A model generated the notes under the pieces. The model had not been told where the DNA came from, searched no databases, and saw nothing but the letters and a program-made list of their open reading frames with translations. This document shows, one piece after another, positions 1 through 7,762 of a stretch of DNA of 64,000 nucleotides. The translations under genes were made by a program, and so were the position numbers. The DNA comes from an uncultured Clostridia bacterium (GTDB taxonomy: Bacteria > Bacillota > Clostridia > TANB77 > CAG-508), in the NCBI GenBank assembly GCA_934120675.1, contig CAKOUU010000008.1:1420-65419 (forward strand), written 5' to 3'. Within the stretch, counting starts at the first letter, position 1, and every line of letters begins with the position of its first letter.

Positions 1-587
1 AAACAGATATCTTCACTATCTGGTTTATTTGCAACTTTTAAGTCGTTTTCTCTTGCTATTTCACGTATTTGCTCTTTGTCTGTGAAATCTGCTAATGGAA
101 ATAATACATGTTCTATTAATTCTTTTGGAATATTCCATAATACATAACTTTGGTCTTTTTTACCTGCTTGTGATTTTTTTAGTACCCATCTTCCATATTC
201 TTCGCTATATTCTGTTTTTGCATAATGTCCTGTCGCTATGTAATTACATCCTAGTTCCTTTGCTTTTTCCCACATAATTCCGAATTTCATATATTTGTTA
301 CATTCTATACATGGATTTGGTGTTCTGCAATTTGCGTAACAATCTATAAAATCATTTATTACATAGTCTTTAAATTGTTCTTTGCAATTATATGTAAAAT
401 GTGGAATTCCTATTGTTTTGCAAACATTTTTTGCGTCTATGTATGTGTTTATGTTACAACAACTGCTTCCTGCAAATAGTTCTAGTGTTATTCCTAATGG
501 CTCATATCCTTCTTTTTTTAGTAGTAGGGCTGATACTGAGCTGTCAACTCCTCCACTCATTCCTAATAATACTTTTTTGTTTTCCAT
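1..587 (-). CDS. mnmA: tRNA-specific 2-thiouridylase MnmA, N-terminal ~195 codons (gene continues past the window start)
   Basis: Own reverse-strand translation from ATG at 585-587: MENKKVLLGMSGGVDSSVSALLLKKEGYEP...CIECNKYMKFG...ATGHYAK...KDQSYVLW. It has the PP-loop SGGVDSS and the MnmA Cys context. It is absent from the ORF track because there is no stop inside the window. Confidence 0.9.
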   Translation of the reverse strand, partial: MENKKVLLGMSGGVDSSVSALLLKKEGYEPLGITLELFAGSSCCNINTYIDAKNVCKTIGIPHFTYNCKEQFKDYVINDFIDCYANCRTPNPCIECNKYMKFGIMWEKAKELGCNYIATGHYAKTEYSEEYGRWVLKKSQAGKKDQSYVLWNIPKELIEHVLFPLADFTDKEQIREIARENDLKVANKPDSEDIC

Positions 588-682
588 TTTTACCTCCAGT
601 ACTGTTACTATTAATTTGGAAACTTTTATTTATTTATTTAATTTTTATTGACATTTTTTTTTATAAGTGTTAATATAATAAT

Positions 683-758
683 ATAAAAGATAAGAGCGTA
701 GCCCTTATCTAGTCGTTTGGTGAGATTTGTCTGAGGGACAGATCTCTATTTTTCTTTT
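683..758 (+). ncRNA. Candidate cis-antisense sRNA (putative type I antitoxin), copy 1
   Basis: Plus-strand promoter TTGACA(648-653)-17 nt-TAATAT(671-676). Hairpin at 688-710. A 10-bp stem 722-731/737-746 is followed by TATTTTTCTTTT. One T.G pair makes the stem clean only on the + strand. The RNA would overlap the 3' end of the minus-strand ORF 705-866. Confidence 0.45.
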
Positions 759-866
759 AGCTGAATAATATCTAAATACATATTTGTGCTTTGAACACAT
801 ATGTATCAATAATGCAGTTCCTATAAAGAAAGCCATTATGATTAATAAAAATTCTATTAATTTCAT
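705..866 (-). CDS. 53-aa hydrophobic N-terminus / basic tail peptide, type I toxin-like, copy 1
   Basis: Own translation: MKLIEFLLIIMAFFIGTALLIHMCSKHKYVFRYYSAKRKIEICPSDKSHQTTR. SD AAAGGGG lies upstream. Minus-strand promoter TTGACT(1022-1027)-17-TACAAT(999-1004) gives a ~130-nt structured leader. The ORF is below the 60-aa ORF-track cutoff. It is a paralogue of 1610-1771. Confidence 0.5.
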   Translation of the reverse strand: MKLIEFLLIIMAFFIGTALLIHMCSKHKYVFRYYSAKRKIEICPSDKSHQTTR

Positions 867-1053
867 AGCCGTCAACCCCTTTCTTACGTAATTTACATTT
901 AGCTATATAAGCATAAATGCATAGATTAGCAAGCATATAACATAGGCTTACTAGTCTATGCACTTATGCTTGAAAAGGGCGACTTCCAAACTATCGCAAT
1001 TGTATCATGTCGTTTTTCAAAAGTCAATATTTACTATTAAATTTATTTTGTTT

Positions 1054-1521
1054 TTAATTACAACAATTTATATTTCCAGTTCCTGTGCTATCATTTTTCT
1101 CTAGCATATCTTCAATAGTATGCCAAGCCAAAAGAGCACATTTAACTCTTGCTGGCATATTAGAAACATTTCTAAAAGCTATTGCATCTTCCAATTTTTT
1201 AAGTTCTTCCTCATCAGTTATCTCTCTTTTTATCATTTCTATAAATGTTTTTATAATCTCTTTTGCTTCTTCAACTGTTTTACCTTTTAATGTATCTATC
1301 ATTATTGATGTTGATGCTTGTGATATTGCACATCCATGTCCTGAAAATGCCATATCTTCTATTTTATTTCCATTTAATTTTAATTGTAGTGTTATTTCAT
1401 CTCCGCAATTTGGATTATGCCCTACTTCACAGTAGTCTGCATTTTCTAGTTTCTTTTTGTTGTATGAATTCATACTGTGTTCCATTATTAGTTCATTGTA
1501 AACATCTGTTAACTCGTCCAT
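1054..1521 (-). CDS. sufU: SufU-type Fe-S cluster scaffold / sulfur acceptor
   Basis: 155 aa with NPNCGDEITLQLKL, GHGCAISQAS and PARVKCALLAW, the three conserved Cys contexts of SufU/IscU. It lies downstream of sufS. Confidence 0.85.
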   Translation of the reverse strand: MDELTDVYNELIMEHSMNSYNKKKLENADYCEVGHNPNCGDEITLQLKLNGNKIEDMAFSGHGCAISQASTSIMIDTLKGKTVEEAKEIIKTFIEMIKREITDEEELKKLEDAIAFRNVSNMPARVKCALLAWHTIEDMLEKNDSTGTGNINCCN

Positions 1522-1587
1522 TGAAATTTACCTTTCTTTTTTTATTAATTTATTGACAATTTTATTAATTAGTGTTAATATAATAAT

Positions 1588-1666
1588 ATAAAGAGACAAG
1601 AGCAAGCTCTTATCTCATGTGTGGGTGAGATTTATCCATGGGATAGATCTCTATTTTTCTTTTTTT
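1588..1666 (+). ncRNA. Candidate cis-antisense sRNA (putative type I antitoxin), copy 2
   Basis: TTGACA(1553-1558)-17-TAATAT(1576-1581). Hairpin at 1593-1616. Terminator stem GAGATTTATCC/GGATAGATCTC (1627-1651) is followed by a T-run. It has the same T.G wobble position as copy 1, and compensatory changes keep the stem. Confidence 0.45.
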
Positions 1667-1771
1667 GGAACAATATTTTAATGCATATCTCTTTTTAGAG
1701 CAAATATGTACTAGAAACGATAATCCTAAAAAGAAAGCTATTATTATTAATAAAATTTTTATTAACTCCAT
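1610..1771 (-). CDS. 53-aa hydrophobic/basic peptide, type I toxin-like, copy 2
   Basis: MELIKILLIIIAFFLGLSFLVHICSKKRYALKYCSKKRKIEIYPMDKSHPHMR, the C-terminal part of track ORF 1610..1870. A strong SD GAAGGAGG lies before the ATG at 1771. Promoter TTGACT(1930-1935)-17-TATAAT(1907-1912). Confidence 0.55.
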   Translation of the reverse strand: MELIKILLIIIAFFLGLSFLVHICSKKRYALKYCSKKRKIEIYPMDKSHPHMR

Positions 1772-1947
1772 AGCCGTTAACCTCCTTCTTTCGAGATTTA
1801 CATTTAAGTCATGAAAGACATAAATGCATAGATTAGCAAGCATATAACATAGACTTACTAGTCTATGCACTTATGCCTGAAGAAGGTTAACTTCCCAACC
1901 GAGAAGATTATAATATATATTTACTTAATAGTCAATATTTATTTGAA

Positions 1948-3168
1948 TTATTTTATATAATTTTTAAACATACCATAAGCCTTATCAAGTGCCTTAACCA
2001 ATTTATCTACATCCTCTTTTGTATTGTAGATGTAAAAACTTGCTCTACAAGTAGAATCAATACCTAAGAATCTCATAAGTGGTTGAGCACAATGATTTCC
2101 AGAGCGCACACATACACCTTCTGAATCTAAAATACTTGCAACATCATGTGGATGTACCCCTTTAATGTTGAATGAAATCACGCTTGAATGATTTTCTTCA
2201 TTTGGTGTTGTGTATAATGTTAGATAATCTAGTTTTGATAATTCTTGTCTTGCATATGATATTACTTCATGTTCAATTTCTTGTATTTTGTCATATCCTA
2301 AATTTTCAATATAATCAATAGCAGCACCTAAGCCAATTACGCCTTCAACATTTTGTGTACCAGCCTCAAATTTATTTGGAAGTGGTGCAAATGTTGTATC
2401 TTGTTCATAAACGTATTCTATCATATCTCCACCCATTAAAAATGGAGTCATTTTGTTTAGTATTTCTCTTTTTCCATATAATACGCCTATTCCAAGTGGG
2501 GCAAGCATTTTATGTCCTGAAAATACTAGAAAATCCGCATCTAAATCTTGAACATCAATTTTCATATGTGGTATGCTTTGTGATGCGTCAACTATTACTA
2601 CTGCACCTTTTTTATGCGCATATTTTATGATTTTTTTCACATTATTTATTGTTCCTAAAACATTTGAAACATGTGTAATTCCAACGATTTTTGTTTTGTC
2701 TGTAATTTTACTTTCTATTTCTTCGTCTGTAATTTCATAGTTTTCGTTAATGTACATGTATTTTAATTTGCTTCCTGTTTGCTTTGTCATTTTTTGCCAA
2801 GGAACCAAATTTGAATGATGTTCCATTATTGAAATTACTACCTCATCATCTTTTTTTAGGTTGTCCAAACCATATGAATATGCAATTAAGTTTAAACTTT
2901 CTGTTGCATTTTTTGAGAATATTATTTCTTCTCTGTGTTTTGCATTTATGAATTTTGCTATTTTTGTTCTTGTATTTTCGTATTGTTCAGTTGCTTCTAC
3001 ACTTAATGAATATGCCCCCCTGTGTGGGTTTGCGTTATATTTTTGGTAGAATTCTTCTACTGCTTTTATTACTTGAATTGGTTTTTGTGTTGTTGCTCCA
3101 CTGTCTAGATATGTTATGTTTTTATTTTCTAGTAGTGGAAAGTCTTTTTTTATTTGTTCTGTATTCAT
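1948..3168 (-). CDS. sufS: Cysteine desulfurase, SufS subfamily
   Basis: 406 aa with HHSNLVPWQ, the PLP-Lys context SGHKMLAPLGIGVLYG, and the active-site loop RSGNHCAQPL. Confidence 0.9.
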   Translation of the reverse strand: MNTEQIKKDFPLLENKNITYLDSGATTQKPIQVIKAVEEFYQKYNANPHRGAYSLSVEATEQYENTRTKIAKFINAKHREEIIFSKNATESLNLIAYSYGLDNLKKDDEVVISIMEHHSNLVPWQKMTKQTGSKLKYMYINENYEITDEEIESKITDKTKIVGITHVSNVLGTINNVKKIIKYAHKKGAVVIVDASQSIPHMKIDVQDLDADFLVFSGHKMLAPLGIGVLYGKREILNKMTPFLMGGDMIEYVYEQDTTFAPLPNKFEAGTQNVEGVIGLGAAIDYIENLGYDKIQEIEHEVISYARQELSKLDYLTLYTTPNEENHSSVISFNIKGVHPHDVASILDSEGVCVRSGNHCAQPLMRFLGIDSTCRASFYIYNTKEDVDKLVKALDKAYGMFKNYIK

Positions 3169-3171
3169 AAA

Positions 3172-3372
3172 TTATCTCCCATCATCTTCTATTTCTGATA
3201 TTTGTTGATTTTCGTTACATTCTTGTGTATATACAATTTTCTTTTCTTCTGAAAAAGCTTTTTCTATTTCATCATAATTTGGTTCAATAGGATTTATTTT
3301 AATGTTTTGGTATTTTATCATATTTTTCCATGTTCCCATAAATTCATCCATAAACTCTCTTGAATTCTTCAT
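3172..3372 (-). CDS. Hypothetical small acidic protein inside the suf operon
   Basis: 66-aa ORF packed between sufD (stop 3406) and sufS (start 3168). I recognise no motif. Confidence 0.4.
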   Translation of the reverse strand: MKNSREFMDEFMGTWKNMIKYQNIKINPIEPNYDEIEKAFSEEKKIVYTQECNENQQISEIEDDGR

Positions 3373-3405
3373 TAAATCTTTCTCCTTAAAATTACAATTA
3401 TATTA

Positions 3406-4248
3406 TTAATCTAACCTCTTATCAATTTCTTGTAAAATTTCTTCTCTCAATTCTTCATTTTCAATTTTCTCTAAAATTTGATTAAATCTAGCTCTAACCA
3501 TCAATTTCATAGCCTCTTTAAGTTCAAATCCTCTACTCATAATATAGAACAATTCTTTTTCTCCAATTTTTCCGGCTGAACTTGAATGGTTACCTTCAAC
3601 CTCTTCTTCAGAGCAAAGTAACATTGGTAAAGCAATTGATTTTGCTGTATCTGATAATAACATACAAGCCTCATTTTCATTTCCAGTAGCCTTTTTACAT
3701 CCTTTTTTAAAATCAATTGTTCCTTTAAAATGTTTTTTAGATGTATCCTTTAAAGCTCCTTGAACTTCTATATCAATATTAGATTTTTTACCTCTTAATT
3801 CACCTATATAATTTAAGTCAAAAACTTGATTTTCTTTTCCTAAATAAATTGTGTTTAGTTGATTATCACAATTATCCCCTTGTAAATTAGAATAATAATT
3901 TGTAATGCTGTGCTTTCCACCAAAATCAACAATTGTATAATTAATTTTTGCATTTTCTTCAAAATCATTTTCAATTGCTAAAAAGTTATTTGATTTTGTA
4001 TTCATTAAATTAACCAATACAATGTTTAATTCTGCATTTTTTTCAGCTCTTGCTTTTATTATCCCATTGTGATAATTTTCATTTTCTTGGTTTGAAATGT
4101 ATTTTATTATTATTGTTGATTTTGTGTTTTCATTTGCAATTATTTCTATATTGTCTATTAATACAGAATTTTCATTATCAAAATTAAAATCTATTTCCGC
4201 TTCTATTTTCTCTTCTTTTATATCAGAACATTCACATAATTTTGGCAT
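3406..4248 (-). CDS. sufD: SufD, core and C-terminal part (Fe-S assembly protein)
   Basis: 280 aa. The C-terminus SSSAGKIGEKELFYIMSRGFELKEAMKLMVRARF is typical of the SufB/SufD family. The N-terminal ~90 residues expected for SufD are encoded separately at 4295-4528. Confidence 0.8.
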   Translation of the reverse strand: MPKLCECSDIKEEKIEAEIDFNFDNENSVLIDNIEIIANENTKSTIIIKYISNQENENYHNGIIKARAEKNAELNIVLVNLMNTKSNNFLAIENDFEENAKINYTIVDFGGKHSITNYYSNLQGDNCDNQLNTIYLGKENQVFDLNYIGELRGKKSNIDIEVQGALKDTSKKHFKGTIDFKKGCKKATGNENEACMLLSDTAKSIALPMLLCSEEEVEGNHSSSAGKIGEKELFYIMSRGFELKEAMKLMVRARFNQILEKIENEELREEILQEIDKRLD

Positions 4249-4294
4249 AACCTCTTCATTTTGATTACTATTTATGTTTAATTTAATTTTTTGA

Positions 4295-4528
4295 TTAGCT
4301 CCGTGTTTTTACTTGATTTGTAAGTTCTTCACTTAAACCATAAACTAAATCTATATTTGTATTATCTGCATTTTGTTCTATATCTATTCTAGATGTGTCA
4401 CCAATTATTGTTACATTTTCAAATGATGGTATAACTTCTGGAACTTCAATATTTTCTAGTTTTATATTGTTTATTCTGAAGTTTTTTGCTGTTCTAACCG
4501 GTGTTTCATTTAATTTTAAACTTTCCAT
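4295..4528 (-). CDS. sufD: SufD N-terminal fragment (separate ORF, different frame from 3406-4248)
   Basis: 77 aa: MESLKLNETPVRTAKNFRINNIKLENIEVPE... resembles SufD N-termini. It ends at a TAA, 46 nt before the ATG of the downstream part. The two parts are in different frames. Confidence 0.55.
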   Translation of the reverse strand: MESLKLNETPVRTAKNFRINNIKLENIEVPEVIPSFENVTIIGDTSRIDIEQNADNTNIDLVYGLSEELTNQVKTRS

Positions 4529-4550
4529 TAATTTTTCCTTTCTGAATTTT

Positions 4551-4746
4551 TTCGGGATTTGGGGACGGGTCTTTAATCCCGAAATATTTTTCTTTCTTAT
4601 TCCTCAATTGTTATATATTAATATTTAAAGAAAAAGTCCCAAAGGAAGACCCAAAGTAGCATTTTTTCTGAAAATATTAATATATAACAATTGTAAAAAA
4701 AATTTATAAAAATTTTGGGATTAATGACCCGTCCCCAAATCCCGAA
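4551..4746. repeat. Composite nested palindrome: outer GGGGACGGGTC-loop hairpin pair, inner 22-bp perfect inverted repeat, 45-nt centre
   Basis: The outer unit 4551-4583 TTCGGGATTTGGGGACGGGTCTTTAATCCCGAA matches the reverse complement of 4715-4746. The inner repeat 4605-4626 CAATTGTTATATATTAATATTT matches the reverse complement of 4672-4693 at 22/22. It fills the sufB|sufD spacer. Confidence 0.85.
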
Positions 4747-4749
4747 TTT

Positions 4750-6150
4750 TTATCCTATTGCTCCTTCTAATTCTAAGTTAATAAGATTATTCATTTCAAC
4801 TGCATATTCTACTGGTAATTCCTTTGCTATTGGATGTGCAAAACCTCTTACTATCATAGCCTTTGCGTCTTCCTCTGATAGTCCTCTGCTCATTAAATAG
4901 AATATTGTTTTATCACTTATTTTCCCTATTTTAGCTTCGTGTGAAAATTCAACTTCATCTGTTCTTATGTCATTTGTTGGTATTGTGTCTGAAACTGATA
5001 TCTCGTCTAACATAAGTGATTCACATGATACTGATGATTTTGAATTTTTTGCATTTTCATTTATTCTTACCAAACTTCTATATGTGCATTTTCCACCGTT
5101 TTTTGATATTGATTTTGCATTTACAACACTTGATGTATTTGGTGCATTATGAATTACTTTAAATCCGTTGTCTAGGTTTTGTCCTCCACCCGCAAAAGAT
5201 ATTCCTGTAAATTCTGTTTTTGCACCTTCTCCATTTAGTATGCTCATTGGATATAGCATTGATATTTTTGACCCAAATGAACCTGATACCCAGTCCATTT
5301 TTGCATTTTTTCCTACTATTGCTTTTTTTGTATTTAAGTTAAGCATATTTTTTGACCAGTTTTCTATTGTTGAATATCTTAAATAAGCATTGTCTGCTAC
5401 ATATAGTTCAACACATCCTGCATGTAGATTTACTTTATTGTATTTTGGTGCTGAACATCCTTCTATAAAGTGTAAACTTGCTCCTTCTTCTACAATTATT
5501 AATGTGTGTTCAAATTGTCCAGCCTCTGGTGAATTTAGTCTAAAGTATGATTGCAATGGAACATCTACTTTTACTCCTTTTGGTACATATACAAACGAAC
5601 CGCCTGACCATACTGCTCCATGTAATGCAACAAATTTGTGGTCATATACTGGTACACATTTCATAAAGTGTGATTTTACTAATTCTGGATATTCTCTTAC
5701 TGCTGTTTCCATATCTGTATAAATCACACCTTGTTTTATTAATTCTTCTTTCATACTATGGTAAACAACTTCTGAATCATATTGTGCTCCAACACCTGCA
5801 AGTGATGTCTTTTCCGCTTCTGGTATTCCCAATTTGTCAAATGTATCTTTAATATCTTCTGGAACATCATCCCATGAACTATTTAATTTTGACTTTGGTC
5901 TTACATATGTTGCGATTTCGTCCATATTTAATTCTGATAAATCTGGTCCCCATGTTGGCATTTCTAAGTTGTTATATACCTCTAATGCTTTTAGTCTAAA
6001 CTCTCTCATCCAGTCTGGGTCGTTTTTTTGTTTTGATATTTCTTCTATTATTTCCGGTGTTAAACCTTTTTTTATTTTAAAGTCGTATTCATCTTTGTTT
6101 TTTATATCATAGATATTTCTATTTATTTCTTCTAAATTTGTTTTTGACAT
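4750..6150 (-). CDS. sufB: Fe-S cluster assembly protein SufB
   Basis: 466 aa with HTLIIVEEGASLHFIEGCSAP and GKISDKTIFYLMSRGLSEEDAKAMIVRGF. Confidence 0.92.
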   Translation of the reverse strand: MSKTNLEEINRNIYDIKNKDEYDFKIKKGLTPEIIEEISKQKNDPDWMREFRLKALEVYNNLEMPTWGPDLSELNMDEIATYVRPKSKLNSSWDDVPEDIKDTFDKLGIPEAEKTSLAGVGAQYDSEVVYHSMKEELIKQGVIYTDMETAVREYPELVKSHFMKCVPVYDHKFVALHGAVWSGGSFVYVPKGVKVDVPLQSYFRLNSPEAGQFEHTLIIVEEGASLHFIEGCSAPKYNKVNLHAGCVELYVADNAYLRYSTIENWSKNMLNLNTKKAIVGKNAKMDWVSGSFGSKISMLYPMSILNGEGAKTEFTGISFAGGGQNLDNGFKVIHNAPNTSSVVNAKSISKNGGKCTYRSLVRINENAKNSKSSVSCESLMLDEISVSDTIPTNDIRTDEVEFSHEAKIGKISDKTIFYLMSRGLSEEDAKAMIVRGFAHPIAKELPVEYAVEMNNLINLELEGAIG

Positions 6151-6233
6151 TTTATATAGTCCTTTCTAAAACTTGCATTTTATGTAAAATTGTGGTATAA
6201 TATTTTTATAAAAAACTTAAGGAGGTCACTTAT

Positions 6234-6452
6234 ATGAAAGAAAGTTATTTAACTCGGGGCATTTTTTATGGTATCGTAGGACTTATACTTACTATTTTTT
6301 CACTTTGTGTTTATTTTCTAGAGATACCTTTTATGTCCGAATCAATTAAGTTTCCTTGTACAGGATGCTTAGTTGCTATTGCAATATCTAATATTGTCAA
6401 GTGTATCATTTCTTTAGTATTTCACTATGACGCAACCTATTATCCATTCTAG
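6234..6452 (+). CDS. Small two-TM membrane protein, opposite strand, between sufC and sufB
   Basis: 72 aa. SD AAGGAGG lies 7 nt upstream. Promoter TTGCAT-17-TATAAT with a TG extension at about 6174-6202. A hairpin at 6460-6489 follows. Confidence 0.5.
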   Translation: MKESYLTRGIFYGIVGLILTIFSLCVYFLEIPFMSESIKFPCTGCLVAIAISNIVKCIISLVFHYDATYYPF

Positions 6453-6488
6453 GTGGCCGGGGTAATAATCATTTTTTTGATTATTACC

Positions 6489-7223
6489 CTATTTATATTG
6501 TGCATACCCATTTTCTTCAATTTCAGAAGCCAATTCTTGTCCTCCTGTTTTAACAATTTTTCCATTAACCAAAACATGAACATAATCAACTTTCAAGCTA
6601 TGCAAAATTTTTGTATTATGAGTAATAATTAAAACTGCATTATTCTCATTTTTAAACATCTCAATACCTTTTGAAACAGTCTTAATTGCATCAACATCAA
6701 GTCCTGAATCTGTTTCATCAAGAATTGCAAGTTTTGGATTTAAAACAAGCATTTGTAAAATCTCATTTTTCTTTTTCTCTCCACCTGAAAATCCAACATT
6801 TAAACTTCTTTCCATGTTTTTAGGATTCATATTTAATTCTTCCATATATTTTTTCAACTCATCTTTAAATTGAAATATTTTAACAGGTTGTCCTGTAATT
6901 TTATTTTTAGCATATTTTAAGAAATTTGTAACTGAAACTCCTGGTATTTCTTCTGGTAATTGGAATGACATAAATATTCCTTTTCTTGCAATTTCATCAG
7001 TTCTTGATTTTGTAATATCTTCACCATCAAATGTTATTGTTCCATTTGTTTTTGTGTATTCTGGGTTATTTAATATTGCATTTGCTGTTGTTGTTTTTCC
7101 TGAACCATTTGGTCCCATTATTACATGAATTTCTCCTCTTTTAATATTTAAATCTATTCCTTTTAATATTTCTTTTTCTCCTGCGTTTACATGTAAATCT
7201 TTTATTTCTAATAAATTACTCAT
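6489..7223 (-). CDS. sufC: Fe-S assembly ATPase SufC
   Basis: 244 aa with Walker A GPNGSGKTT, signature FSGGEKKKNEILQM and Walker B ILDETDSGLD. Confidence 0.92.
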   Translation of the reverse strand: MSNLLEIKDLHVNAGEKEILKGIDLNIKRGEIHVIMGPNGSGKTTTANAILNNPEYTKTNGTITFDGEDITKSRTDEIARKGIFMSFQLPEEIPGVSVTNFLKYAKNKITGQPVKIFQFKDELKKYMEELNMNPKNMERSLNVGFSGGEKKKNEILQMLVLNPKLAILDETDSGLDVDAIKTVSKGIEMFKNENNAVLIITHNTKILHSLKVDYVHVLVNGKIVKTGGQELASEIEENGYAQYK

Positions 7224-7227
7224 TGTT

Positions 7228-7704
7228 TTAAATCCTTTCTTTTTTTATTGTTCTCCTTGCACAACATCTACATTTTTCTTTATTGATATCATAATCACAG
7301 TCTAAATTTGTTAGTCCAAGTTCTTTATGCACATATTTTGCCAATTTGTTTATTGTCTTATCCGATATTGCTAATTTTATTTTTTCCGCTTCGCTTTTTG
7401 CTTCTTCTTCGTCTAAATTAAGTACATCTTTTAAAAACACATACATTATGTCATATGCTTCTAGAATTTTTTTTGCTAGGTCTTCACCTTTTTCTGTTAG
7501 TTCTATGGTTCCATATGATTCATAATTTACCAGTCCACTATCTTTTAAATTGTAAATTGCTTTGTTTACACTTGGTTTTGTACAGTTCATTTTTTTTGCA
7601 ATGTCTGTTACTCTTATGTTTCCATTTTGCTGTTTTAATATGTACATTGTTTTCAAGTATTCTTCTGATGATTTTGATATCATTTTTATCCTCTCTTTTT
7701 TCAT
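7228..7704 (-). CDS. DtxR/MntR-family transcriptional regulator with a C-terminal four-Cys tail
   Basis: SSEEYLKTMYIL...VTDIAKKMNCTKPSVNKAIYNLKDSGLV gives the DtxR-type wHTH and dimerisation helix. The tail is LDCDYDINKEKCRCCARR. The stop is 4 nt from the sufC start. Confidence 0.75.
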   Translation of the reverse strand: MKKERIKMISKSSEEYLKTMYILKQQNGNIRVTDIAKKMNCTKPSVNKAIYNLKDSGLVNYESYGTIELTEKGEDLAKKILEAYDIMYVFLKDVLNLDEEEAKSEAEKIKLAISDKTINKLAKYVHKELGLTNLDCDYDINKEKCRCCARRTIKKERI

Positions 7705-7762
7705 TTTTTTATTAATATTTTATTGTTTACATTATTTGAAAATTTATCTTTATATTTTAAAT

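Noticed and set aside
772-963. The conserved MHRLVSLCYMLANLCIY... reading frame upstream of both small peptides (also the N-terminal part of ORF 1610..1870).
   Set aside because: Conservation is at the nucleotide level and coincides with stem-forming leader sequence. The frame relation to the peptide ORF differs between the copies (in frame in copy 2, out of frame in copy 1). The strong SD precedes the internal Met. I treat it as 5' UTR.
6460-6489. The hairpin at the sufC stop as a classical terminator.
   Set aside because: An 11-bp stem is present but no T-run follows on either strand. I kept it only as an intercistronic hairpin.
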